This document shows positions 13,336 through 26,855 of a stretch of DNA of 64,000 bases, in pieces. The notes beneath the pieces were generated by a model. That model was not told the DNA's origin, made no database searches, and was given only the letters and a program-made list of their open reading frames with translations. A program made the position numbers and the translations under genes. Each line of letters begins with the position of its first letter. Position 1 is the first letter of the stretch. This DNA is from Octopus vulgaris (lineage: Eukaryota): positions 137,640,001-137,704,000 of the forward strand of contig OX597814.1 of assembly GCA_951406725.2 (NCBI GenBank). Reading direction: 5' to 3'.

Positions 13336-13717
13336 ACTGCAATTATACTCATATACCTACTAATTGTACTCATATGCCTACTTTCACAATTTCTTTTATT
13401 TAACACCTGTAATGATATATTATTCTTTTCTTACTTTTATTATAACTCTAATAAATATACTACCTTCCACCCCTTTGTAAGGTTTATATCATGTTTTTTA
13501 TATATAAATTTTATCAGTTAATGGTTTGGAGCCATATACTCAACAAGTAGGAATTTAGCCAACTCTGATGAGATTTGACTTTTAAATGGTTTTGATTATG
13601 GTAATTAATTTATAAAGGTCTGGAATTAAAACAGCTATTAGAGATGTTGTCTAATTTTTAATTGATAAATAATTATTAATTATCTCTCTATTTTCTTATC
13701 TTCCTAATATATATATA

Positions 13718-14097
13718 CTAGCAGTATCGCCCGGCGTTGCTCAGGTTTGTAAGGGAAATAACTATAAAGCATTTTTAGAGAGTTATAGCCAAAAAATAGC
13801 TAAAAAATGGAAAAAAATGATGGTAAATTTTTTTTGAGAGTAAAAAAAGGTGGAGTTGCGCCCCCTAGACAGTTTGCGGTTTGTGTTTCTGATTCTCGAC
13901 CCCATGTCGAATTTATCGATTTTTTTCAGAACTGGGGGAACTTTTCAAAATTTTCGCTGCGTTAGTTTTGAATTATGACATTGGGCTATGTGTGTGTGCA
14001 AGTTTCATCAGAATCGGTTGAAAGCCGTGGTCAGGGTGAGGGTACAAGCAAACAGACACACAGAAACACGCACAGACAAACTGTCGTTTATATAGAG

Positions 14098-14098
<1 letters not shown>
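13718..14098 (-). mobile_element. Non-autonomous Helitron-like element
   Basis: Minus strand starts TC(TCTATATAAAC), ends with a GC-rich hairpin then CTAG, sits between A and T, no TSD. Confidence 0.7.
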
Positions 14099-14159
<61 letters not shown>

Positions 14160-14332
14160 GTTGGCAAATGAAATAAGTATAAGAATGTACATTCTATATG
14201 TGGCTGAAGATTGCTCAACATTTTAAAACTGATGTAATACAGTGTTTAATAAAATGAAGTAGCATGAAACAATTGTACTACACTACCTTGGATATCCTTG
14301 TTACTTATTTTGATTATATATATAGATATATA

Positions 14333-14608
14333 TAATTAGATCAAGATAGTTATCGCCAGTCAATGGGGTTACCCAGGGTTTCACATCCATAAAGTGCTTA
14401 GCTTTACAGCATCTTAACAGACCCTAATGGTCTGGCCTATAACCTCTCTTCAAAGTGTGTTCAGCAACTAACCATGAGGTCTTTTCTTCCTCCACTTTGA
14501 AGAGAGGTTATAAGCTACTGGCCATTAGATGCTGTAAAACTAAGTGCTTTATGGACATGAAACCCTGAGTAACCCCACAGACCGGCCATAACTATCTTTA
14601 ATCTAATT
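14333..14608. repeat. Imperfect foldback element
   Basis: 14333-14456 is reverse-complementary to 14493-14608; arms contain GAAACCCTG(G/A)GTA. Confidence 0.85.
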
Positions 14609-14680
14609 ACTCTACTGTTCTATAACTTAGAGCATGATTCTGTTTCTGATTTATGATTTACTGACTATATATATATACAA

Positions 14681-15952
14681 TTGGGTCATCCCATTAATAA
14701 TGCGTTTTTTTTTTAATTGCTTGAACTAAAAGTTGGATGGGGACAGGATAAACTACCTGCATCAGTTAGCTATTAAAGCAGGTAGTAATTTTACCTTGTA
14801 CTTATTCTTAGTGCAAGTTTCGAAAAGTGCAGTTTGATTTTAAGTTATTTTTTCAAAGCTATAATGGAAGTGACAAAGGAGCATATTTGATATATTTTGC
14901 TTTATGAGTTCAGTAAAGGCAACAACACAATGGAAGGTGCAAGGAATACTAATGCAGTATATGGGGGTCAGACACTAAGCGTAAGCCAGTGTCAACGGTG
15001 GTTCCAGATTTTTCCAAGCTGGAAACTACAGCCTAGAAGATAATTCTCATTCTGGAGGATCTGTATAGCTCGACAAGGACATCCTGCAAAACTTGGTGGA
15101 ACAAATCCCATTGTAACTGTTAAGGAACTAGCAGAAAAGCTTGGATTTGGTCGTTCAACCATTCATCAACACCTGCATGCCATCGGAAAAGTCAGCAAAT
15201 TGGGTCAATGGATTCCGCACAAACTCTCCAAGTCTAATCATGCACAGAGAGAGAATGTGTGCTTTTCTTTGCTATCATGTCTCATGAATGAACTTTTTTG
15301 GACTAAATAGTGACTGGTGACAAGAAATGGGTTTGCTATAAAAATGTCAAGCATGGAAGACAGTGGGTAGGGAAAGGAGAAATACCAGTACCCCAGGCTA
15401 AAGAAGGTTTTCACCCATGTAAGGTGTTGTTATTTGTTTGGTGGGATGTGAAAAGTTTAGTCCACTTTGGACTTTTAAACCCAAACCAAATGATAACAGA
15501 GGAGATCTACTGCGAGCAATTTCAGCAGCTTAAGTCAGCGCTAGAAGAAAAATTACCATCTTTGGTTTCAAGACAAAAGGTGTTCTTCCATCAGGATTAT
15601 GCTTGACCACATACAGCGAGGATGATATTCCAAAGGCTCGAGCAGTTTGAAATGGATGCCCCACTCCACTTATTCACCAGACATTGATTATCATTTATTC
15701 TGCAGTCTTCAAAATCACTTGGACAAAAAAAATATGAATTTTCTAGATGAGGTCAGAACAGTACTGGAGGAATATTTTTTGTCACAGACAAGCGAATTTT
15801 GGAAGAGAAGCCTTGCAAGTCTACAAGATAGATGGAAGAGAATTGTAGAAAATGAAGGAGAGTTTATTTTAGATTAAAAAAGAACTTTGTTTATCTTAAT
15901 TTGCAAAATAAAAGAAGTTTAAAAAAACTGCACTATTTATGGGATGACCCAA
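14681..15952 (+). mobile_element. Full-length mariner transposon with inactivated transposase
   Basis: TIRs ttgggtcatcccat / atgggatgacccaa, right TA flank; ATG at 14864; WIPHKL, VTGDKKW, FHQDYA, YSPDIDYHLF motifs with stops and frameshifts. Confidence 0.95.
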
Positions 15953-16178
15953 TATATGCATATATGAGTATATATATATGACAGGGATTAAGGAAGTAAT
16001 GCAATTTTTATTTACATTAATATTTGATTCGTCCATGGGGATATATTACCTTGCTTGTAAACAAGTGAGGGTTGGTGACTGAAAGGGCAGCCAGCAGTAG
16101 ATTTACCTCAACAAATTCCTTCTGGAAAAGTAGACATTAAACGATGACGATGATGATGTTGATACACATACATATGTA

Positions 16179-16237
<59 letters not shown>

Positions 16238-16239
16238 CT

Positions 16240-16503
16240 ATCATCATCATCATCATCATCATCGTTTAGCATCCGCTTTCCGTGCTAGCATGGGTTGGAT
16301 GGTTCAACTGGGGTCTGGGAAGCCAGAAGGCTGCACCAGGCCCAGTCTGATCTGGCAATGTTTCTACGGCTGGATGCCCTTCCTAACGCCAATCACTCCG
16401 TGAGTGTAGTGGGTGCTTTTTACGTGCCACCGGCACAGGTGCCAGACAAGGCTGGCAAACAGCCACGGACGGATGGTGCTTTTTACGTGCCACCGGCACG
16501 GGA
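16240..16503 (-). mobile_element. RTE LINE 3' UTR fragment
   Basis: Same 3' UTR and (CAT)n as 7569-7760 and 13160-13335. Confidence 0.88.
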
Positions 16504-17185
16504 ATATAAATATATATATATATAAAATCATCACCAGCATTATCATCATTTAATGTCCATGTTTCATACTGGAATGAGCTTGACAGTTTCACAGGATCCA
16601 ATGGGTCTGATGACTACATTGTGTTCTAATGTCTGCTTAAGCATGGTTTCTATGGTTGTATGCCCTTCTGTCCTCAATGCCAACCACATCTTATATAGTC
16701 ACACTCCTAACCATTTTATATTGGTCACCCTCCTGAGCCACTAAATTATCTTCCTACAATCATAGATCTTTCCCTCTATGCCTTCCCCCACCCACACTCA
16801 TACAACTTACCCAACCACCTGACATCTCTTCCTCTTCTCCCTTCCTCTTTCATTCATCCCCTGCTTATTTTAATATTATCATTACTTTTCCTGCTACTCT
16901 TCACCTCCACCTTTTTCTGCACCACCAGCCATCTCATCTCTAGACCTTTCAACTCTACCCAATTTCTACAGTTGTCACCTACTTTTCCCTTCTACCTATT
17001 TTCTCTATCATTTATCAACGTTTTTTCTTTATTATATACACCAGTGATTCTCAACCAGGGTTCATATGACCCTTTGTGGAGGTTGGGGTAGGGTTCATAT
17101 AAGATTTTGTAGTTAAAATTTATGTGCAACTGATTGGTTATACTTCTGCAAAACACAAAAAATTTTAACAATTTTTTTATAAAAG

Positions 17186-17590
17186 TGCAGGCCATGGCTG
17201 TGTGGTAAGAAGCTTGCTTCTCAACCACAGGGTTACGGGTTCAGTCCCACTGTGTGGCACCTTGGCCAAGTATCTTCTACTATAACCTCGGGCTGACCAA
17301 AGCCTTTTGTGTGGATTTGGTAGATGGAAACTGAAAGAAGCCCGTATTTCATATATATATATATATATATAAAAGAGTAAAGAGTAAAGAGTATATATTT
17401 GTGTGTGTCTGTGTTTGTCCCACCTCCATCACTTGACAACCGATGTTGGTGTGTTGACATCCCCGTAACTTAGTGGTTTGGCAATAGAGACTGACAGAAT
17501 AAGTCCTGGGGTTGATTTGTTTGACTAAAGTTGGTGCTCCAGCATGACCACGGTCAAACGACTGAAATAAGTAAAAGAATAAAAGAATAA
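17186..17590 (+). mobile_element. SINE family A, sense copy
   Basis: Head with A box tggctgtgtggtaag and B box gggttcagtccc; body matches other copies. Confidence 0.88.
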
Positions 17591-17974
17591 TTCCTAGTAA
17601 TCCTTTCTACTTATAGGCACAAGGCCTGAAATATTGGGAGAGGAGAAAGTCAGTCACATTGACCCCCAGTACTTGACTGGTTCTTTATTTAGCAACACCG
17701 AGACAAAGTCAACCTCAGCAGCATTTGAACCCAGAACATAAAGACAGATGGAATTCCTATTTCTTTACTACCCACAAGGGGCTAAACATAGAGGGGACAA
17801 ACAAGGACAGACACACGGATTAAGTCGATTACATCAATCCCAGTGTATAACTGGTACTTATTTAATCGACCCTGAAAGGATGAAAGGCAAAGTTGACCTC
17901 GGCGACCGCTAAGCATTTTGCCTTGCATGCTAATGATTGTGCTAGCTCACAATTATAAAAATATCTTTTTTCTT

Positions 17975-18374
17975 TTATCATGTTAGTCATTAGACAGCAG
18001 CCATGCTGGGACACTGCCTTGAGGAATTTTGTTGAACTAATTGACTCCAGTACATGTTTTCTTTTTAAGTCTGGTACTTATTCTATCAGTCTCTGTTACC
18101 GAACTACTAAGTTACAGGGCTGTAGAGATGATAAGACTGATTGTCAAGTGGTGGTGAGGGACAAACACAGACAAAAAGACACATACACACATACTCACAC
18201 AGATACACACACACTCACACACACATGCACACACACACATACACACACACACACACACGCACACACACACACACATATATATGACGGGCTTCTTTCAGTT
18301 TCCGTCTACCAAATCCACTCACAAAGCTTTGGTCAGCTTGAGGCCATAGTAGAAGACGCTTACCCAAGGTGCCA
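17975..18374 (-). mobile_element. SINE family A, 5'-truncated antisense copy
   Basis: Matches family A body. Confidence 0.8.
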
Positions 18375-18723
18375 ATAAATTTCAAAGGAGTCCATAAGTA
18401 AAAAATGGTTGGGAAACACTGATATACACCCTCTCACCTATTCCCTATCTTTTACTATCTCTCATATCTCTCACTCTCCCATACATTCTTGCAACCTCTA
18501 TCTGCCCCACTCATTTCTACTCACCTCTTATCTTGGTGTTGGTGGGCTACATCCTGCCAGCATCTCTCTTTCTCTTCTCAACTCCACTGCAGCTCTCCCC
18601 ACCCCTGGTAAGAAGCCTTTTTTGTTTGTGTATACATCAGAGAGAGAGAGAGAGAGTAACCTGTTAAATACATTAAACTTCTTCAGTTTTATTAACTTAA
18701 TTTCTATCTCATTTTTGTTTTAG

Positions 18724-18786
18724 AGTCCCTCATGATTGGCGCCTACATATTTCCATTTAAGGTTTTATTGCCCCCAAATATACCAG
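18724..18786 (+). CDS. Arrestin-domain gene exon ([22 protein letters not shown])
   Basis: ttttag| acceptor, CAG|GTATGT donor, 63 nt, phase 1-1; encodes the hallmark G.y.FPF...LP..lP.S motif. Confidence 0.92.
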
Positions 18787-18865
18787 GTATGTAAAATACA
18801 TGTTTGTCTGACTGCATGTACACAAATACATATAAACACATACAATTGTGTGTGCAAATGTGTGC

Positions 18866-18902
<37 letters not shown>

Positions 18903-18937
18903 GACATACATATATATATATATTTATATATATATAG

Positions 18938-19028
<91 letters not shown>

Positions 19029-19098
19029 GGTGGTGCTATTAAGTTAGACATGGCCTGGGCCAATAATGGCCGAAACCTATCAAAGTAGATATGCATAT

Positions 19099-19234
<136 letters not shown>

Positions 19235-21039
19235 TGGTGGACTGGGTCTAAAAATATTGGTTGCCAGAAGACTAAGGGGGCCCACCCACAACTACAACGC
19301 TATCATTTAATATATTATTTATTACATTGAGTTAAAATGATTCATGATGGATGGCCATATGTTCTGCTCAGAAAGAGCTTTACAAACAAGTGAGGGACTG
19401 GGCTAGTTGGACTATTTGAAGACTAGACTTTCTAAATATAGCTGAAGTAATTTTATATGACATTGGAGGGAGAGAAAGGTATCAAGGTAGAGAGGGGCGC
19501 AGTGAGCAGAGAAAAAAAAAGACAAGAACATGGTTACTGGGATATGTATATATATATGGGTATAAAGAGATATAAGAATGCTAGTAGAAACCACGTAATT
19601 GAAGGCAAATGAGAAAGTAAAAGAGTGATAAGATAAGGCAGTAGATAGTATGTTACTTCTCAAGAAAGTGAATGCAAACGATTATGTATAAATTTCTTAG
19701 GAAAGTGACAGGACATATAAATTACGTGAATATTATTAATTATAATAATAGTAAGCTAAAATCAGGAGTTCATGAATGTAATTATGTTAAGGAATTTAGT
19801 AAATAAAAGAATATCCTGTCTTCCTAGAAATTGTAGAAAGTCAGGAATAATTTTGGTGGATTGCTATGTTCTTATATAGTCAAGAAATCAACACACTAGA
19901 TAGTCAGCAGTCTGAGAAATATAATAAAAGTGAGAAGAAGTTAAGGTAAAAAAAGGAAGAAAAAGAGAGGAGGAAGGGAAGAAGAAGAAATCGAGAGGAG
20001 CGAGGGAAGAAATGTATAGAAACATGTTAGTGCATATATAATTAAGGAGTAGAACAAGTTAAGTAGTAAGCTGTGAAAGATATTATTATCATCATCATCA
20101 TCATCATCATCATCATTACTACTACTACTATTGCTGCTTACATAGCCTTGAATTTCTCAAGTTACAATACTTGAAAAATTCAATGACTTTAAATTGGAAG
20201 CTGAAAGTGATAAAGATCATGGACACATTTCTTTGAAAATAGTTTACCTGAAAACCTGATATTTCCCTCTGACAAAACTTAAGTACACAACTCATTCCTT
20301 GGATAATGGAACACTACCTTTAATGATTCTACAAAAAGAAAATATTCTAGTAAATGAAACTGATGCAAATAACAGCTGCAGGTTGAAAAGAAAAGATTAA
20401 AAATGAAATAACCTTAAAACAGAATAATTAATCAGGTATATTGCAAGAATCTGCTGAGTGGTGGGGAAGAGAACCCTTTAGCATTTAAACTGGCCATATT
20501 TAGCCAATATAGTCAACCTGCTTTATGTTCAAACGAGCAAAACGTCCCTCCACTGTCCGATGGACGGCGCTGAGTTGTCAAACATTTAAACCAAATTTTT
20601 TCAAAACAACTTGTCTAACTGTCCCATAGGCCTCCCCTTTGAGAAACACTGATTTAACCTAAATTTGAGACACCAGCAAAAGGAGAAATAAAGATAGACT
20701 TTTTTTCTATTCCAAGAAAAACGATTTTACAAATGCACGTTCCCACGGCTTTATCGATCGCATTCTCACCTGGAATCGATTTTTGTAATTTTTTCAAGAC
20801 TTATACATGCCCTGATACCTTCGGTATCTACATATCAAATTTCTCTCCTTCCCTCCATCTCTCTCTCTGTCACACACACACAGCCTCTTAATGTTGACAG
20901 TGACATCTAAGTTTCACTGATCATGTCTTTGATCACCTAATCTGAGAAAGCCACAATTGGTGAAACTCTAAGGTCTCTGTCATCCTTTAACTTGTAAATA
21001 AATATATCCAAATCATTCCAGTTATGTTTTCACATTTAG

Positions 21040-21137
21040 GTTCTATAACTGTGTTTGGAGAGAATGAAGATGCAATATGGTATGCATTTGTCGACTATAA
21101 CATTAACGCCGTGGTTATTGATTGTAAAGAGGTGTAT
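21040..21137 (+). CDS. Arrestin-domain gene exon (SITVFGENEDAIWYAFVDYNINAVVIDCKEVY)
   Basis: tttag| acceptor, |GTAAGT donor, phase 1-0; VDYNINAVV matches 'v.Y.i.a.i'. Confidence 0.88.
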
Positions 21138-21714
21138 GTAAGTCATTTTTAATCCTTTTATCACAAACTTGCCTGAGAACTCCTCAGGCTCTATGATACA
21201 AAATCTGCCTGTTTCAAAGTTTATCATCATCATCATCATTATATTTTTTATTAAAATCTTCCATCTTAATTTTATGTAAGAACCTTTTGCTAAGTTATGT
21301 TCCAATAACTAACTTTATAATGAAAAAAGTTGTTTTACCCAATCATTCCAAATTCTTGATTATTTTCAAAATTAATTGAAAAATTAAAACAACTGTCATG
21401 AAAGGGTTAAGGTTAATTGTGAGTTAGTATAATTTCCATTAAAACATTAACCCTTTTTATACCAACCCACCCACTAGTACAAATTTACTATTAAATTTTA
21501 TGTTAATTTATGTTCCAACAAACAGCTTTAATAATAATTTTATGAAATTCTTCATTATGTTTAAAATTAACTAAAATGAAGTCAATATATTTCAACACAA
21601 ATCTATTTTGACAAACCTTATAATTCAGCTCCTTGCTTCAGATCAAACCTAAAAAACCTAAAAAGAAAGAAAAAGGAAAAAAAGAGAGAAATCATTTAGT
21701 TATTACTTTATTAA

Positions 21715-22040
21715 TTACTCTTAGATATGATATCTTAAACATATCTTGGAGAACTTATCCACCAAGACACAGCTGTATGGAGACCTACCTGTTTCCACCA
21801 AGGGAAAGGTATTTGTACTTTGCAGAACATTGCGGGTAAGTTAAGCAGGAGCTGGCAAGTGACTTACTGCTATGGATGCCAAAGCATGGCAATACTTGAG
21901 TAGTTATCTAAACATAATGTATGTAGATCAACTCACCAGAGACACTTGATGCCTCCCTAAAGAGCTCTCTCAATTAATGCAGGACTGAGATGGATGGCAT
22001 GCATGAGTTAAAAATGTCTGAGAAAACTCAGCCAGATGAT
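21715..22040 (+). mobile_element. Highly decayed RTE-like LINE 3' fragment
   Basis: Remnant LYFAEHC..ELASDLLLWMPKHG..YVDQLTRDT; resembles 39040-39780. Confidence 0.6.
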
Positions 22041-22526
22041 GATGAATTCTTCTTAACTACCAACTGAAAAGCACACAAAATCAAAATTTGGGTCCAGACA
22101 GCTAAGATTCTGACCATGTGTGAATTCTTGGTTTCCACTGCTTAATTTCATATATATTTGAAATAACCTTAAAGAAGGAATAAGAACCAGAAATCTCATT
22201 ACTTGAGTTTTATTGTAAGTAAACAACTGATTGAGGCTGTAAGTATTTTCTGGCTTTAAAAAGAAATCTTAATTTTTGTGATACAATTTTGGCAGTATTG
22301 TATATGAAAAGGGCTGCTATGAAAGAAATTGGCAAATATTCTAAAGTCCAGCATTCATTTGCAGCAACTTTGAGGGTTAAAAGATGCTGAGCTACTGAGA
22401 TTGAATATAGGCAATATTTCAAAAATATATTATGTGACTTATAATTTTAGGTTTTGTTGTAAAATTATATAATTCTTGTTGCTTTCAAAATATAGTGTCT
22501 AAGATTATTGTTATTAAAATTTCTAG

Positions 22527-22645
22527 ACAACTGAAACTTTTCAAGTGAGAACATCTCCTCCTGTTGATTATCCTCTTGAAGTTACTGCACAGTGTCAACA
22601 ATCATTTCTGAGATTTTGGAATCAAAATTACTCGGTAAAAGCAAG
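22527..22645 (+). CDS. Arrestin-domain gene exon (TTETFQVRTSPPVDYPLEVTAQCQQSFLRFWNQNYSVKAR)
   Basis: ttctag| acceptor, AAG|GTGAAT donor, phase 0-2, open; F.V end of N-domain and linker. Confidence 0.85.
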
Positions 22646-23479
22646 GTGAATATCAGCAATATTTGAAGTTTTCATTTTTAATGACCACGGTAACATGTAC
22701 TTGTATTGGGTTTGATGTCAGATATACTACATATGTCAACTATTGATGTGGCATGGTTCCATTATTATATCTTCAAAGCTAATATTTTCTTTACTGTTTA
22801 GTCAGAGGAGATACATATCTCTGACACTTTACTTTTTGAGAACCTGCAAGGCAGGTCGAAGGAAAGGAGGAAGTTGTCCTAAAATTGTAGACATGATTTG
22901 AATGCTTGCTATAGAGTGAGCTTCTCTAAAGGTTCTCAAAGACTGAGTGATGTTGATAAATCAGGTGATGTATTTAAGTCAGCCATCAGAGAACTGAGAA
23001 TGTAAAGTGGGAAAAATACTGCAAGGCATCTAATCTAAAACTCCAGCAATTCTATGAATCAACAATCCTGACTGGTACTTCATTTCATCCACTTCAAATT
23101 TGACTCTTGATGTGTTTTAAACAAATACCATACAGCATTTTCTTTTATACTCTAATAATTTTGCCTATTTTCTGTACCTCATAGAAATATTGTTGATTGG
23201 CCCAAGGCTACAGTAGAAGACACTTGCCCAAGGTGCCATTCAGTGGGATTGAACCCGGAACCATGTGGTTGGGGAGCAAGCTTCTTGCCACACAGCTATG
23301 CTTGTGCCAATTATATGTGGACTTTTATAGTATTTTTTGAAGCTGATGTGTTATCAGAGTAAAGCTAAATTGCAATAATTGAGACACATTTACATGTTAC
23401 TGAAAAACCACTGCATTATCTTAACTGTTTAATCATTTTGCTCTTTATTTTTTTCTTTATTGTTTTCTTTTGTTCACAG

Positions 23480-23579
23480 GTTTGACGCAGCTGGTTATGT
23501 ACCTGGAGAAGATAATGCTAAATTATGTCTTCAATATAATACCTCATCAAATATCAAAATTAAAGAAATTATAGTAAAG
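23480..23579 (+). CDS. Arrestin-domain gene exon (FDAAGYVPGEDNAKLCLQYNTSSNIKIKEIIVK)
   Basis: Long pyrimidine tract + cacag|; GYVPGE is the Arrestin_C start motif; donor AAG|GTCTGT (in-frame alternative after 23591). Confidence 0.9.
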
Positions 23580-23604
23580 GTCTGTAAGAAGGTCAATCCT
23601 TTAA

Positions 23605-23869
23605 CTCTTTAGCATAAACAACTGGCCATTTCAGGCCCAAATATTCTACCTGTCCTATGTTCAAACTGGCCAAATGCTGTTTCTCTCATCTACTCTTTAC
23701 TCTCTTTTTACTCTTTTTACTTGTTTCAGTCATTTGACTGTGGCCATGCTGGAGCACCGCCTTTAGTCGAGCAAATTGACCTCGGGACTTATTCTTTGTA
23801 AGCCCAGTACTTATTCTATCAGTCTTTTTTGCCAAACCGCTAAGTGACGGGGATACACAAACACACACT

Positions 23870-23914
<45 letters not shown>

Positions 23915-24214
23915 GACAGGCTTCTTTCAGTTTCCGTCTACCAAATCCACTCACAAGGCATTGGTCGGCCCGGGGCTATAGCAGAAGACACTTGCCCAAG
24001 ATGCCACGCAGTGGGACTGAACCCGGAACCATGTGGTTGGTAAGCAAGCTACTTACCACACAGCCACTCCTGCGCCTACTGTATAATGTTATTCTAAAAA
24101 TAAACAAACACATCATCAAAATGATGTGTTAGCTATGAATTAATGCATGATTAATTCAAAACAATGTGAAGAAATAAGCATTACATTTGACAGATTAATC
24201 TGTATGGTAAAGGG
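23605..24214. mobile_element. piggyBac-like MITE with a full SINE A copy inserted (about 23690-24077, minus)
   Basis: TTAA|ctctttagca ... ggtaaaggg|TTAA ends; internal SINE ends with cagccactcctgcgcct. Confidence 0.7.
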
Positions 24215-24231
24215 TTAATCCAATTATTCAT

Positions 24232-24278
<47 letters not shown>

Positions 24279-24716
24279 CATTCACACATGCACATGCACA
24301 AACACATACAGATGCAGATATATAAAGAAAACAAATTAAACTGTTCCTTTTGACAATATGTATTCTAGTTGTTAGTTGTTCAATCAATAGAACAGCTTGC
24401 TTATTGAATTATTGTTTAAGTGGCTGGGTATTCCTCAGGCACCTGTACTCTTAACATAGTCCTCAATCAGAATCTAAATGACAAAGCTGGCTTTTTACAT
24501 TACAATACAATCCATCCGAGGAACTTCTACTCAGCTTTCATCTACAAAATTCCATTCACAAGGTATTGCAGAGAACTATAGTAGAGGCTGTAGTAGAGAT
24601 ACTTACTCAAGGTGCCATGCATGGGGTCAATCCAGAAACCACAGTGTTGCAAAACAAACTTCTTAACCACATGAAACAAGACCCCTTTCATCAGTTTTCC
24701 TGGGCATTTGGTCTTA

Positions 24717-25132
24717 TTCTCTTTTACTCTGTCTTTTACTTGTTTCAGTCATTTGACTGTGGCCATGCTGGAGCACCACCTTTTTAGTCGAGCAAATCAA
24801 CCCCAGGACTTATTCTTTTGTAAGCCTAGTACTTATTCTATCGGTCTCTTTTGCTGAACCGCTAAGTTACGGGGACATAAACACACCAGCATCGGTTGTC
24901 AAGCGATGTTGGGGGGACAAACACAGACACACAAACACATACACACGCATATATATATACATATATACGACGGGCTTATTTCAGTTTCCGTCTACCAAAT
25001 CCACTCACAAGGCTTTGATCAACCCGAGGCTATAGTAGAAGACACTTGCCCAAGGTGCCACGCAGTGGGACTGAACCCGGAACCATGTGGTTGGTAAGCA
25101 AGCTACTTACCACACAGCCACTCCTATGCCTA
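24717..25132 (-). mobile_element. SINE family A, full length
   Basis: High similarity to 27108-27530; tRNA-like head at the right end. Confidence 0.92.
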
Positions 25133-25919
25133 TAGGTCTTGATAGCCTTCTGTAACTGTTTCAGCAAGTTGCCATAGTGCTTCCCAGTGATGGTCTCACA
25201 AGGTACAGGATTGTAACTAAAATAGGATAGCTTTACTCAGTAATCTTTTAATGTTATATCTTTTTAAGTTTCATCTTTAATTTGTTTCAGTCATTAGACT
25301 GCAGCAATGCTGGGGCATCACCTAAAAGAATTTTTTTGTCAAATGAATCGACCCCCCCCCCCCCATTACTTTTTTTTTTAAGTGTGGTATTTATTCTGTT
25401 GGTCTCTTTTGCCGAACCACTAAGTTACAGTGATGTAAACACACCCACACTGATTGTCAAGCAATGGTGGGGAAACAAACACACACACACATGCACACAC
25501 GCACGCACACACACACACACACACACACACATCATGGGCTTCTATCAGTTTCCATCTACCAAATCCACTCACAAATCTTTGGCCGGCCCAATGTGATAAT
25601 AAAAGACACTTGCACAAGTGTCTTCTACTTTTCATGCATGAAACCTAAAACTACTAACAAGTTACAATATCACACAACATTACAGAAGAGCCTCTTACCC
25701 AGTTGCTTGATGTGCTAGAAATGGCAACCTAATCTTACTGTCTTAATAAAAAAATTAAAAACACCTAGGATAATGAAGTATTGGATACACAACTACAAAA
25801 AAAGACAAGATGGTCCAGGCTGGAATGTTTTTGATCATATGTGTATTTAATCAAGGCTGAAATGGAATTGAACAGCAAAAACAACATGAACCAAGTTAAA
25901 AATAGTTTTAAATGGTGTC

Positions 25920-26299
25920 TCTCTCTCTTTTACTTGTTTCAGTCATTTGACTGCGGCCATGCTGAAGCACCGCCTTTAATCGAGCAAATCGACCCCAGGA
26001 CTTATTCTTTGTAAGCCCAGTACTTATTCTATCGGTCTCTTTTAGCCGAACCGCTAAGTGACGGGGACATAAACACACCAGCATCGGTTGTCAGGCAATG
26101 CTAGGGGGACAAACACACACACATATATATATATACGACGGGCTTCTTTCAGTTTCCGTCTACCAAATCCACTCACAAGGCTTTGGTCGGCCCGAGGCTA
26201 TAGTAGAAGACACTTGCCCAAGGTGCCACGCAGTGGGACTGAACCCGGAACCATGTGGTTGGTAAGCAAGCTACCTACCACACAGCCACTCCTACGCTT
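25920..26299 (-). mobile_element. SINE family A, full length
   Basis: High similarity to other family A copies. Confidence 0.92.
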
Positions 26300-26855
26300 A
26301 TGTCCTGTATGACAAAGAATTATATACCTTCAAATCATCATCATCATAATCGTCATTGTCATTTAATGTCTGCCCTCCATGCTAGCAGAGGTTGGATGGT
26401 TTGACAGGAGCTGGTAAGCCAGAAGACCTCACCAGGCTCTAATTTAGCATGGTTTCTACTGCTGAATGCTCTTCCTAATGCCAAATTCACTCATAAGGCT
26501 TTGGTTGGCCTAGGGCTTTAGAAGGAGACACTTGCCTAAGATGTCTGCAATGGGACTAAACCAGAGACCATGTGGTTGGAAAGCAAGCTTTTAAACCACA
26601 CAGTCACACCCATACTTTCAACAATATAAATAGATTATTAGAAATATTAAATTTCTAAATCTCTCATAGAGATATGTACGGTGGTGGGGCGATAGAATGG
26701 TTGTATACTGTCAATCTAACGTGAACGTGACAGTAGGGGGTTACACCACCACTGTTTAGCCCTAGGAAGTATCGACGCTTTCTGATGGCTTCAACACATT
26801 TTTCCTGTGTCCTTATATACATAGATTATTCTTTACTAATTATATCTACTTTCAG

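Larger units (their letters stand above)
10135..13712. repeat. Foldback element split by two LINE insertions
   Basis: 10135-10338 pairs with 13510-13712 and 12016-12135 with 13335-13476; decayed CTGATGAG..AAAACAGCT at about 13565-13626. Confidence 0.85.
17042..18421. mobile_element. hAT-type MITE containing nested SINEs
   Basis: TIRs cagtgattctcaacc / ggttgggaaacactg; perfect 8-bp TSD ATATACAC at 17034-17041 and 18422-18429. Confidence 0.85.

Noticed and set aside
14493-14576. Hammerhead in the 14333-14608 foldback
   Set aside because: GAAACCCTGRGTA is present but I could not find a CUGANGA core with a matching stem I.
20246-20330. Exon-like segment on the minus strand (ttttgtag ... cag|gtaaac)
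   Set aside because: Stops in all three frames and no partner exons found.
22200-22420. ORF 22210-22422 as a host gene
   Set aside because: SQKLRFLFKARKYL resembles a decayed CR1/L2-like LINE C-terminal remnant, antisense within an intron.
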